A stretch of DNA of 64,000 nucleotides from Methanocorpusculaceae archaeon UBA425 (GTDB lineage Archaea; Halobacteriota; Methanomicrobia; Methanomicrobiales; Methanocorpusculaceae). The notes under the pieces were generated by a model, which saw only the letters and a program-made list of their open reading frames with translations, was not told where the DNA came from and searched no databases. The position numbers were made by a program, and so were the translations under genes. This document shows, piece by piece, positions 18,769 to 28,086 of this stretch. How positions within the stretch are numbered: position 1 is the stretch's first letter; each line of letters starts with the position of its first letter. The stretch is from positions 2,602 to 66,601 of the forward strand of contig DAWV01000017.1 of NCBI GenBank assembly GCA_002506085.1, in the 5' to 3' direction.

Positions 18769-19638
18769 TTATTTTCCTATTGCGATAGTAACCCGCCCGT
18801 AGACGGTCTTTTTCAGTATGAGAGTGCCGGTTTTCGAGAGAGCGAGGGCACACGGCTCGGCAACCCCGCAAAGTCCGAGCATTTCTGCACGGGACCTGCT
18901 CTCCGGCACTTGTTCATTTATCGTTTCATCATCCAGAAAGATGAGATTGCCGGACAAGGAGGCAATTGCCTCATGGAGTCCGGCTTCATGAAACTTTTTC
19001 ATCGTGGTGGCATACAGTGTCACCGAATTCATCGGGATTTCTGCATCAATGCACGCCGAAGAAACGGCAGAAAGGATTTCACCGGCAGTCGTTCCAAGCC
19101 TGCATCCGATGCCGATTACAAACGGTGATTCGTTTACGAGAACCGAAACACCAGAATTTGCGACAATGATTTTCGGAGGAAGAACGCGGATAATGGGGAC
19201 ATCATTGTCCAAAATGGCCGCGTTCACCTCACGGGTCGAATTACGATTGACAATCGTAAGCCCGCCGGTTTTTGCCGTCTCTTCGACCGAGGGGCGACCC
19301 ATAACCTCGGTCGCGGTGGAAATCACCGGTTCAATGCCCAGACCTGCAAGCTCTTTTGCAACTTCGTTTCCCCCGTGATGACCACCGAGAACCGGAATCG
19401 CGTAACGAAGGTCGGGCGTGACGATAATCACGGCAGGGTCGTGCCATTTGTCTGTTAATAGCGGAGCACAGCCGCGAACAGCAATCCCAGCCGACATGAC
19501 TGCGATAATGACTTCATACTTCCCATACAGCTCGGCGAAAATCCTGTTTGAATAATCGACAAGCTCTGCATTCAGATAATTTGCGATGAGCATCCCGGAT
19601 TCCCGGAATCTCGGCAGAGTGACAACAGCGATTTTCAT
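18769..19638 (-). CDS. cbiG: Cobalt-precorrin-5A hydrolase
   Basis: KWHDPAV, GGHHGGN, VISTATE, GIGCR, GVAEPCAL. Confidence 0.92.
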   Translation of the reverse strand: MKIAVVTLPRFRESGMLIANYLNAELVDYSNRIFAELYGKYEVIIAVMSAGIAVRGCAPLLTDKWHDPAVIIVTPDLRYAIPVLGGHHGGNEVAKELAGLGIEPVISTATEVMGRPSVEETAKTGGLTIVNRNSTREVNAAILDNDVPIIRVLPPKIIVANSGVSVLVNESPFVIGIGCRLGTTAGEILSAVSSACIDAEIPMNSVTLYATTMKKFHEAGLHEAIASLSGNLIFLDDETINEQVPESRSRAEMLGLCGVAEPCALALSKTGTLILKKTVYGRVTIAIGK

Positions 19639-20348
19639 CCGTAGAGGTGGGAGTTTGTGTATGCAGCGTGAATTCCTGCAACGATATCACCGACAATTAT
19701 GAGCGCTGAGCGGGTAATATCCGCATCATGGACCTTGTCCGCGATTGTTTCGATAGTGCCTTTGATAATCTGCTGGTCAGGCCACGAGGCATGATAGACC
19801 ACAGCGACAGGCGTGGTCGGCGGGCGCTGAAGTTTTTTCATCACGGAGTCAATGTGCCCGGTCGAAAGAAAAATGACCATCGTCGTACCATGGGCAGAAA
19901 GTTCTGCAATCTGGTCGGAGTCGAGGGTCTCTCCGGCAGAACGGGTGACAATGACCGATTCGGATACCCCGCGGAGGGTATATTCTGTTTGCAGCGCCGC
20001 CGCCGCCCCGAACATAGATGAAACACCCGGGATTATTTCGGCACGAATCCCTTTTGCTTCAAGGGGCGCCATCTGCTCGACGATGGAGCCGTAGATTGCC
20101 GGGTCGCCGGAGTGAAGACGAACGACGAGGCGGCACCCCCGCACGCCGTCTTCGATTACTTTTGTAATCTCCTCGAGTTTCATGCCCCAGGAATCCAGTT
20201 TCACCGATGCCGGGGATGCATTGACGAGTTCCGGATTTACGAGAGAGCCTGCGTAGATGAGAATATCAGCACGCTTCAGAAGATCCATCCCTTTGACAGT
20301 GATTAATCCGGGATCGCCGCATCCGGCACCGACGATGTAATACTTCAT
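19635..20348 (-). CDS. cbiF: Cobalt-precorrin-4 C11-methyltransferase
   Basis: VGAGCGDPGLITVKG, YAGSLV, RLHSGDP.IYG, PGVSS. Confidence 0.93.
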   Translation of the reverse strand: MKYYIVGAGCGDPGLITVKGMDLLKRADILIYAGSLVNPELVNASPASVKLDSWGMKLEEITKVIEDGVRGCRLVVRLHSGDPAIYGSIVEQMAPLEAKGIRAEIIPGVSSMFGAAAALQTEYTLRGVSESVIVTRSAGETLDSDQIAELSAHGTTMVIFLSTGHIDSVMKKLQRPPTTPVAVVYHASWPDQQIIKGTIETIADKVHDADITRSALIIVGDIVAGIHAAYTNSHLYG

Positions 20349-20956
20349 ACCTTCCTCGCAATCATGATACTGAAGTAGGTGGTCTTTTCAGGAAGAACAT
20401 CCCGATATACTTTCTCGCCTTTCATATACATCCGTTCAACGACGATGAAATCATTGTAGCCTTCTGTTCTCAGAATCTCTGCTTTTTCACGCGGGCGGAC
20501 AATCTTCATCAGAATTTTTGTTGTCGGCATGACAGGACCGTCTGTTACGAGGAATGCACCGTTCACGGGAATTTTCGCCAGGGAGGCAACGGCTGTAATC
20601 GAGCTGATGCCGGGAATCGTCTCGACGACAAGATCCGGAACCAGTTCACGGACCATTTCTGCAAGCCGGGAGAAGGTTGAGTAGTAGTTCGGATCGCCGA
20701 TGAGTCCGAAGACAGCCTTGCCGGATTTTGCCGCAGAAAGGATTTTCGCCGCGTTTCTCTCCATACATCGGGTAATCTCCGCTTCATCCCGGGTCATCGG
20801 GAATTCAAGCATTACAATTTCCTTTGCATAGGGTTTGACTAACTCATGGGCCATACCCCCGGGCACAAAAACGGTGTCAGCATCTCTTAAGATGCGGATG
20901 GCTTTCAGCGTGAGGAGTTCCGGATCGCCGGGACCGAGACCGACCGCAGTCAGCAT
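20345..20956 (-). CDS. cbiL: Cobalt-factor II C20-methyltransferase
   Basis: VGLGPGDPELLTLKA, FPMT, IGDPNYYSTF, IPGISSI. Confidence 0.92.
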   Translation of the reverse strand: MLTAVGLGPGDPELLTLKAIRILRDADTVFVPGGMAHELVKPYAKEIVMLEFPMTRDEAEITRCMERNAAKILSAAKSGKAVFGLIGDPNYYSTFSRLAEMVRELVPDLVVETIPGISSITAVASLAKIPVNGAFLVTDGPVMPTTKILMKIVRPREKAEILRTEGYNDFIVVERMYMKGEKVYRDVLPEKTTYFSIMIARKV

Positions 20957-21480
20957 ATTTTTCCTCCGTGAATGATATAAACAGGATTTATTGGCTGAAA
21001 CATACTACGTTCCGTGAGATTATGTAATCTGGATATCTGGAGATGAACAGCATCAATGAAGATACCCAGCTCTTTCATGATATGAATGGCATCGACTGCC
21101 GTTTCCAGAAGGACGGCATTCACGACAATGCTCCGTGTTCCTTCCTGCTGAAGGCGTGTGAGGACTTCCCTCAGGTCGCGGCTCCCGCCAAGAAATGCAC
21201 AGTCGACCGGTTTGTGCGGTGACGCAAGAAAATCAAGAGCCTCTCCGGAGAAAATCTCCACATTCATTCCCCGGCAGGTAATTTTCGTGCATTCAATGGC
21301 CTCGAGTCTTCTGTCTACTGCGTAAACATGCCCGCTCTTTGCAGCCGCTTTAGCCATCATAACCGTAACCGTGCCTGTCCCGCATCCGATATCTGCCACA
21401 GTGTCGCCAGGACAGATTTCAAGTTTTGCAAGAGATACTGCCATGACTTCCGGCTGAGTTGGTCCTCCGGGTAAATCCAT
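20950..21480 (-). CDS. cbiT: Cobalt-precorrin-6B C15-methyltransferase (decarboxylating)
   Basis: GGPTQPEV, DIGCGTG.V, FLGGS, VVNAV..E; first gene of the operon. Confidence 0.9.
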   Translation of the reverse strand: MDLPGGPTQPEVMAVSLAKLEICPGDTVADIGCGTGTVTVMMAKAAAKSGHVYAVDRRLEAIECTKITCRGMNVEIFSGEALDFLASPHKPVDCAFLGGSRDLREVLTRLQQEGTRSIVVNAVLLETAVDAIHIMKELGIFIDAVHLQISRLHNLTERSMFQPINPVYIIHGGKIC

Positions 21481-21632
21481 CTTCAAATCTCCTAAAATGT
21501 ATTTTCTGTAAAGAAAATTTACTGTTGAATTATTTGTCGTAAGGAGATATAGAATAACTGGTTTGTGACGCAGATGTGAAATGACCCGGAGATTATTTGC
21601 TCAGTGCGGCATACAAACGATGAGAACAACCT

Positions 21633-22499
21633 CTATTCTTGTTCAAAGAATCTGATATTCTTTTCCCGCAGGAATTCCTTGATGATATTTACATGAACAC
21701 AACGTCCCATATGGAAATAGGTGGGAGGTTTCACCGGATTATTTTTGCCCGCAGGCAGAGCCGGAACATTAAATCCGAGATTATAGGTGTATGTGGCATT
21801 CTGCATTCCGTAAATGATTCCGTCCGCATCAAATAACGGTCCTCCGCTCTGACCGGGCAGTCCGGGCGTACTTAACTCAATTCCCTCGATTTTTCCATCC
21901 TTGCCTGCAACATGCCGGGTAAACATACCTTCGATAGGAAAACGCGGTGAACCTGCTTTTCCGGTATTCGTCCATTCAATATCATCTTTATCAGGATTAT
22001 ATGCATAATTTGAATATTCTGCAAAGGGATACCCGAGTCTGCATAAGAAATCGCCCGGCCGGGCCGCATCCCCTTTTTTCGCAAAAATCGCGTGACCTGC
22101 ATAGTGTCTATTGGTATACCCATCCAATTTTACAACTGCAAGATCACAGGTCTCATGAAAAAAACAGGTTACCGATGAAATGGGACTAACACAGTCGATC
22201 AGATTGTTTTTCATCTGAACCATCATGTCAGGATTATAACCGAATCTGGTTTCGATGGCTTTTTTCCTAAAAGACGAGACATCTTTTGTCTCCGCCGTAA
22301 ATTGTTCATACTTTTTATTGATTTCATCCGCCTGACTGAATAACAGGGCAACATGTTTGCAGGTCACTGCATACCCCTCGTCATTCACAAAAAAGAGCGT
22401 GGCAATGCCTGGAAAAACATTGGTATTCGTATATTTTCTGGTAATCGTATAAAGCGGCCGGGTAAACCCGCCTACTTTTTCAATGGCATCGGCAAACAT
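21633..22499 (-). CDS. Trypsin-like serine peptidase, no signal peptide
   Basis: Putative triad TCKH / DLAVVK / PGQSGGPL; AAGGAGG ribosome-binding site upstream. Confidence 0.8.
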   Translation of the reverse strand: MFADAIEKVGGFTRPLYTITRKYTNTNVFPGIATLFFVNDEGYAVTCKHVALLFSQADEINKKYEQFTAETKDVSSFRKKAIETRFGYNPDMMVQMKNNLIDCVSPISSVTCFFHETCDLAVVKLDGYTNRHYAGHAIFAKKGDAARPGDFLCRLGYPFAEYSNYAYNPDKDDIEWTNTGKAGSPRFPIEGMFTRHVAGKDGKIEGIELSTPGLPGQSGGPLFDADGIIYGMQNATYTYNLGFNVPALPAGKNNPVKPPTYFHMGRCVHVNIIKEFLREKNIRFFEQE

Positions 22500-22657
22500 A
22501 ATTCCTCCTTTATTCTAAACGTCCAACAGGCTATACCTGTATAACCTTTACGTCAGTCCGGCTCTCCTTCGCAAACGTTTCCACCCGAAGCTCAACTCAG
22601 CCAGGCATATCGCCGACTGGCAGGCGGGCTCGACATCATGCGCCGGGAATCCCTAAT

Positions 22658-22924
22658 TTATTTTTTGCTCATGAGCATTGAACGCATATTTTTGACCCAT
22701 CGGTAATGAAGAATAAGATGAATCGCAATGAGGATGACAAACAGCGTACTTGTATAGAAGTGAAGATCATACCAGAATTGGTAACTGATATCAAGGAAAT
22801 TCATCGACCCCCGACCCGATTCCAGAGGAAAATAGATCCAGAGAATATACCCGGTCACAATCGAGGCCAAAGCGGTGACGAACGCAGTGAGATCGATCCA
22901 TGCATTGATCTTTGCATATTTCAT
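22658..22924 (-). CDS. Small DUF4405-like membrane protein
   Basis: Two TM segments, WYDLHFYTS and IHLILHYRWV His motifs. Start moved to MKYAK (22924). Confidence 0.7.
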   Translation of the reverse strand: MKYAKINAWIDLTAFVTALASIVTGYILWIYFPLESGRGSMNFLDISYQFWYDLHFYTSTLFVILIAIHLILHYRWVKNMRSMLMSKK

Positions 22925-23055
22925 TAAATCATGCTCCACGTTACCAAGGAGATATTTTTCCAGATGACACTCTCTTTCATGAATTAATGATGGATTTTTT
23001 GCCTCAAATATATTTGTATAACGGCACAATCCATAGTGAAAACATGAAAGCCAGG

Positions 23056-24198
23056 TCAGACTCGCCTGACCTTCACGTCAGTCCTGCTCTCCTTTGCAAA
23101 CATATCCACCCGTGACTCAACCCGTTCAAGCATGCCCCCGCTGGTGAGAATGAGCGAGTCCTCGCCGTTCATCGCCGAAAGAAGACACTTATCCACCACA
23201 CCATGGGTATACTCAAGCATAATACCTGACTGGATACAGAATTTCCGTGACTTCGTTTCCATTGCACCGGTATGCCATGCCGGATGTTCTGCGAGAAGAC
23301 TCCTGCACGATTCTGCTGTCATACCATCCGTATCTGCAAGATATATTTTTCCGATTACAGCCGGGCCCGGACCCTCGATGAGTCTTGTCATCTCAGGAAT
23401 TCCTTTCGGCGGGATGCCTGATTCGAGAATATGTCTTCTGACAAGTTCCTGATACAAATCAAGAAGTACCGGAGGTGTAATCCTCGCCTGCTTCATCAGC
23501 TCATTGTCTGCGAAAACCTCTGCCGGAGCTCCCTCGTGAAGGATGACTCCTTCCGAGAGAAGGATAACCTCGTCTGCCCATCGGTAGGCGAGCTCGACAT
23601 CATGCGTCGAGAGAAGAATCGTCGTGCCTTTTTCATGGAGTTCATCAAGAAGATCCATGATTTCAGCCGCAGTCGCCGGATCTAGGGAGGCTGTCGGTTC
23701 ATCCGCGACTAAAATCTCCGGATGCATGGCAAGAATTCCGGCAATTGCCACACGCTTTTTCTCTCCGCCCGAAAGATGATGGGGCGGGCGTTTTTCATAT
23801 CCGTTCAGCCCGACCGCAAATAATGCATCGCGAACCCTCTCCCGAATCTCATCATCCGGGAGGTGAAGATTTGCCGGTCCGAATGCCACATCGGCAAATA
23901 CGCTCGGTGCGAATATCTGTGAGTCAGAGTTCTGGAACACCATCCCCACCTTGCTTCTCACGCTCCGAAGCCCGGCTCTGTCGTACGTTACCTCCTCGTT
24001 ATTTACGAGAATTTTACCCTCGTCAGGAACGAGAGTCCCATTGCACATCTGAAGAAGCGTTGTCTTTCCGGCTCCATTATGTCCGACCACGGCAACTTTC
24101 CGACCACGCCCGACCATGAATGAGATTCCTTTCAGCGATGCAGGGCAGCCCGGATACGAGAACCGGATATTTTCAAAGGTAAGTACATTATCATTCAT
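23056..24198 (-). CDS. cbiO: Second ECF ATPase with the same C-terminal extension as cbiO
   Basis: GHNGAGKT, VFQNSD, LSGGEKKR, DEPT. Start MNDN overlaps the upstream stop (ATGA). Confidence 0.88.
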   Translation of the reverse strand: MNDNVLTFENIRFSYPGCPASLKGISFMVGRGRKVAVVGHNGAGKTTLLQMCNGTLVPDEGKILVNNEEVTYDRAGLRSVRSKVGMVFQNSDSQIFAPSVFADVAFGPANLHLPDDEIRERVRDALFAVGLNGYEKRPPHHLSGGEKKRVAIAGILAMHPEILVADEPTASLDPATAAEIMDLLDELHEKGTTILLSTHDVELAYRWADEVILLSEGVILHEGAPAEVFADNELMKQARITPPVLLDLYQELVRRHILESGIPPKGIPEMTRLIEGPGPAVIGKIYLADTDGMTAESCRSLLAEHPAWHTGAMETKSRKFCIQSGIMLEYTHGVVDKCLLSAMNGEDSLILTSGGMLERVESRVDMFAKESRTDVKVRRV

Positions 24199-25127
24199 AA
24201 CAAAGCCATCTCCCATACTAAAAGAGAGAGAATCACAAAAATAAACACAATCACGCATGATACAGAAAGCGGGGTGACCCTTCCGTGCTCATCGGGCAGA
24301 ACCATGCAGCCGTCATAACACCGCGAGTCCATTGAGACGACGATATCCTCCCCCCTCTCCCAGGTCCTGATGAAGAGCATGGACAAAAGCATTGAAAATG
24401 CGTTGAGCCCTTCTTTCCATGTGCTGTATCCGCCGCGCATAATCTGTGCATTGTGGATACTTATCGCCTCGGCGATAAAGACAAAGATATACCGGTAGAT
24501 CAGCATCGTGAGGTCGATGAAAGCCTGGGGTATTCTGATTTTCTGCAGAACGGCGAAGAGCGAGGTCATCGGCGTCGTCAGAGCGAGGAAATAGAGAGAA
24601 CACATACCGGCAAAGGTTCTGGCAATAACCAGAACTGCCAGGCTGAGGGATTTTGTGGTAATCTGAACATGAATCGTGCCGATAGTGAAGATATCGACAA
24701 GAGTATCTCCCCCTCCGGAGACGAACAGAAGCACAAGTGCTCCGGTAACCGCAAATACGATTGGAATCGTGAGAAGAGCACCATAGAGACGCGGGCTCGT
24801 CTTCGCGATAAAGAGACTTGCACATATCATTACCACTGCTATGAACAGCGGAAGATAGGGAAGGGGCGACATCACGCTGATGACGATTGCGGAAAGACAG
24901 AACAGAAGTTTCAGCCATGCGGAAACTTTTCTGAGAGGGCTGTGGATTGCCGCATCGTCCAGGATATGTTCATCGAAAAACGCCGGAGGTTTGGCTGCAT
25001 GACGCTTGTTATTCTTCCGGGTTTTCACTTTATATATACAGATTCCCGCACCTGCCAATATACATGCCGCTAAAAGAACCGCCGCAATCTGCCCCCAGGG
25101 GCTTGGGAAACCATCCATAATCTGCAT
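24195..25127 (-). CDS. cbiQ: Second CbiQ with a CbiM-like N-terminal segment fused in frame
   Basis: Body has LTTPM..LF, MLIYRYIF, QIMRGGY, MDSRCYDG; N-terminus MQIMDGFPSPWGQI resembles CbiM MHIMEGFLP. Confidence 0.82.
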   Translation of the reverse strand: MQIMDGFPSPWGQIAAVLLAACILAGAGICIYKVKTRKNNKRHAAKPPAFFDEHILDDAAIHSPLRKVSAWLKLLFCLSAIVISVMSPLPYLPLFIAVVMICASLFIAKTSPRLYGALLTIPIVFAVTGALVLLFVSGGGDTLVDIFTIGTIHVQITTKSLSLAVLVIARTFAGMCSLYFLALTTPMTSLFAVLQKIRIPQAFIDLTMLIYRYIFVFIAEAISIHNAQIMRGGYSTWKEGLNAFSMLLSMLFIRTWERGEDIVVSMDSRCYDGCMVLPDEHGRVTPLSVSCVIVFIFVILSLLVWEMALL

Positions 25128-25225
25128 ATGAGAGAAGCACCAATACATCTGCGATAAGATATAAGTCAATATAATGCAACTCGAAATGATATAAGGTAGG
25201 TATGAGGTAAGCGACAGTGATTAGT

Positions 25226-26518
25226 ATGAAAACAAGCATCCCACGTATAATAATCGCCGGAACGCACAGCGGGTGCGGAAAAACGACCACATCGTCTGGA
25301 ATCATGGCAGCCCTTCGCGCAAGGGGGCTGGTGGTCCAGCCGTTTAAAGTCGGTCCGGATTTCATCGACCCGTCTCATCACTCAGTGGTCTGCGGGAGGG
25401 CGTCGAGAAATCTCGATCCGTTCATGATGGGTGAGGATTCAGTCCGCAGTTCGTTTATTTCCGCCTGTGAAGGAGCGGATATCGCGGTCATCGAGGGAGT
25501 TATGGGTTTGTATGACGGCGTAGACGGCGGGGATATGTCAAGTTCCGCCCATGTCGCAAGAATTCTTGACGCCCCGGTTGTTCTCGTTACCGATATCAAA
25601 GGAATGAGCCGGAGTGTTCTCGCTCTGATTAAAGGGTATAAGGAGTTCGACCCGCGAATCAGATTCGCCGGCGTCATTATGACGAAGGGGGGCGGCGAAA
25701 AGCATAAGGCGATGACGACCGGGGAACTCACCGTCCCGCTTCTCGGCTGGATTCCCAGATGCGACATGCTCGCCGTCGAAAGCCGGCATCTCGGTCTGAT
25801 GATGGGCAGCGAGGATTCCCGCATGAAGGATGCGGGGGCGTTTATTGAAGAGCACTGTTCGCTTGATGAACTCCTTTCCGCCGCTGCAAATACAAGTGAG
25901 ATTTCCGCTGAGTCCGGCTCTGCTCAAAACGAATGCCGGGCGAGAATCGGTGTCGCTATGGACGAGGCTTTCTGTTTCTATTATCGGGACAACTTTGATT
26001 ATCTCAGAAACAAAGGAGCTGAACTGGTGTTTTTTTCTCCAATACATGACCATCTCCCGGAAGCGGATGCATATTATTTCGGCGGGGGCTATCCTGAGCT
26101 GTACGGAGAATCCCTGGCGGACTCGTTCTGCAAAACCGAGATTAAACGTGCAGCCGATTCGGGCAGACCGGTTTTCGGCGAGTGCGGCGGTCTGATGTGG
26201 CTGAATCGTTCGATTACCACACAGGATGGGAACAAATATAAGATGACCGGGCTGCTGGATGCAGACTGTATAATGGAGAAGCGGTTTGTTGCTTTGAATT
26301 ATGTTGTCGGAAAAGTGACGGAGGCGTCAATCATCCCCGCCGGGACGAATTTCCGTGGTCACGAGTTCCATTACTCAAGAACCGTGCCCGACGCGGATGT
26401 CAGATTTTCTTTCACACTTGAGCGGGGCGATGGAATCTGTGACGGAAAAGACGGAATTACGGCAGGTTCTGTTCTTGGCGGGTATACACACATATACTTC
26501 GGTGCAACCCACAGGTAA
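25226..26518 (+). CDS. cbiA: Cobyrinate a,c-diamide synthase (CfbB paralog not excluded)
   Basis: IAGTHSGCGKTT, FKVGPDFIDP, IEGVMGLYDG, GGGYPE, ECGGLM, RGHEFHYS, YTH. Confidence 0.88.
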   Translation: MKTSIPRIIIAGTHSGCGKTTTSSGIMAALRARGLVVQPFKVGPDFIDPSHHSVVCGRASRNLDPFMMGEDSVRSSFISACEGADIAVIEGVMGLYDGVDGGDMSSSAHVARILDAPVVLVTDIKGMSRSVLALIKGYKEFDPRIRFAGVIMTKGGGEKHKAMTTGELTVPLLGWIPRCDMLAVESRHLGLMMGSEDSRMKDAGAFIEEHCSLDELLSAAANTSEISAESGSAQNECRARIGVAMDEAFCFYYRDNFDYLRNKGAELVFFSPIHDHLPEADAYYFGGGYPELYGESLADSFCKTEIKRAADSGRPVFGECGGLMWLNRSITTQDGNKYKMTGLLDADCIMEKRFVALNYVVGKVTEASIIPAGTNFRGHEFHYSRTVPDADVRFSFTLERGDGICDGKDGITAGSVLGGYTHIYFGATHR

Positions 26519-26557
26519 AATAGTTCCAGAACAAAAAGTATAATATCCGGTGTAATA

Positions 26558-27955
26558 GTGAATCCCGAAGAAGAACGAATTTCTATCAAAAAAACCCTGT
26601 TGATTGGGGTGAGTATCGGCATAATATCGGGATTTGGAACACTGCTGTTTTTTATGGGTCTCGAATACGGGACACATCTTATGATGGATGTTCTCTTTGG
26701 TGCGACTTACCCTCTCGAAGGTCAGTCTGCCGTCGAGATTGCCGGATGGACGCCGCCCGCGGTTGTCTGGCTCATTCTTCCGATTATCTGCGGCGGGGCT
26801 CTGCTCTCGGGTCTGATTGTGTATAAATTTGCCCCCGAGGCAGAAGGTCACGGCACGGATGCCGCACTGAAGGCATATCATGGTGACGGGAAAATCCGCT
26901 GGCGGGTTCCGATTGTGAAGGCTGTTGCTTCGATCATCACAATTTCCACCGGAGGAAGTGCCGGACGTGAAGGTCCGACAGCCCAGATTGCCGCAGGGTT
27001 CGGGTCCTTTATCTCTGATGTGTTTCACCTGTCGCCGCGTGAGAGGAAAATCGCGATCGCTACCGGTATCGGAGCCGGTATCGGAACGATTTTCAAAGCC
27101 CCGCTTGGCGGAGCCGTGCTTGCATCGGAGATTCTCTATCTTCGCGATGTTGAGGCGGATGTGCTTATTCCGTCGTTTCTTGCCTCGATTATCAGCTATT
27201 CTATTTTCGGATTCTTTGTGGGATATGATGCGATATTTGGTGCGGCGACTTTGACCTGGTCTATTAATCAGATTCCGTTTTTCCTGATTCTCGGCGCAGT
27301 CAGTGCCGGAGTCGGCATCATGTACATCAAAACATTTTACGGCACCAAAGATGTGTTTGATGCGGTTTCCAAAAAATATTCAATCCCGAAATATCTGAAA
27401 CCCGCGTGCGGGGCATTTCTCATCGGCATTTTAGTTATAGCCCTTGCCTGGATTTCTCCTGAAACGATGATGGCGGCACTTGGAAGCCTTGGTTCAGGAT
27501 ATGGGTTCGTACAACTCGCACTATATAATATGCTGCCCCTCAGCGTTCTGATTCTCCTTCCTTTTGTAAAAACCCTGACGACTGCCCTTACCATAGGTTC
27601 AGGCGGAAGCGGCGGTGTTTTTGCACCGGGTCTTGCAATTGGGGGATTTGCAGGCGGCGCTTTCGGGATGGGGCTTCATCTGCTTCTCCCGGAGATTGTT
27701 CCCATGACGAGCGTTCCGGTGTTTGTAATCGTAGGAATGATAGCTTTGTTTGGCGGTATTTCTCATGCGCCGATTGCAGTGATGATTATGGTTCTTGAGA
27801 TGACGGGGGACTTCGCCATTCTGATTCCGGCGATGGCGGCGATTGTGTTTTCCTGTCTTCTGATGGGGAAGAATACTATCTTCAGGGAGCAGAGGGAGAG
27901 ACGCGGGGATACGGAGGCGGCAGGTGCGGCAGATAAAGGCGAAAAAATAAGCTGA
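26558..27955 (+). CDS. ClC-family chloride channel/antiporter, no CBS domain
   Basis: GHGTD, GGSAGREGP, GGSGGVFAP and APIA...MVLEMTG motifs. Confidence 0.9.
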   Translation: MNPEEERISIKKTLLIGVSIGIISGFGTLLFFMGLEYGTHLMMDVLFGATYPLEGQSAVEIAGWTPPAVVWLILPIICGGALLSGLIVYKFAPEAEGHGTDAALKAYHGDGKIRWRVPIVKAVASIITISTGGSAGREGPTAQIAAGFGSFISDVFHLSPRERKIAIATGIGAGIGTIFKAPLGGAVLASEILYLRDVEADVLIPSFLASIISYSIFGFFVGYDAIFGAATLTWSINQIPFFLILGAVSAGVGIMYIKTFYGTKDVFDAVSKKYSIPKYLKPACGAFLIGILVIALAWISPETMMAALGSLGSGYGFVQLALYNMLPLSVLILLPFVKTLTTALTIGSGGSGGVFAPGLAIGGFAGGAFGMGLHLLLPEIVPMTSVPVFVIVGMIALFGGISHAPIAVMIMVLEMTGDFAILIPAMAAIVFSCLLMGKNTIFREQRERRGDTEAAGAADKGEKIS

Positions 27956-28086
27956 CGTATTTCCTGCTTTGGATACGTATTTTCCAGTTTCGCCTCTCAC
28001 AAATTATAACAGCCGCGGGAACAATTTCTTACTCAACGAATCATTGCTCGTTATCGGAACATACACGCAAACCCGCAGGTCCACCC

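Noticed and set aside
26558-27955. Fluoride-specific CLC-F
   Set aside because: It has GREGP and GHGTD rather than the GREGT / GNNLI signatures of CLC-F.
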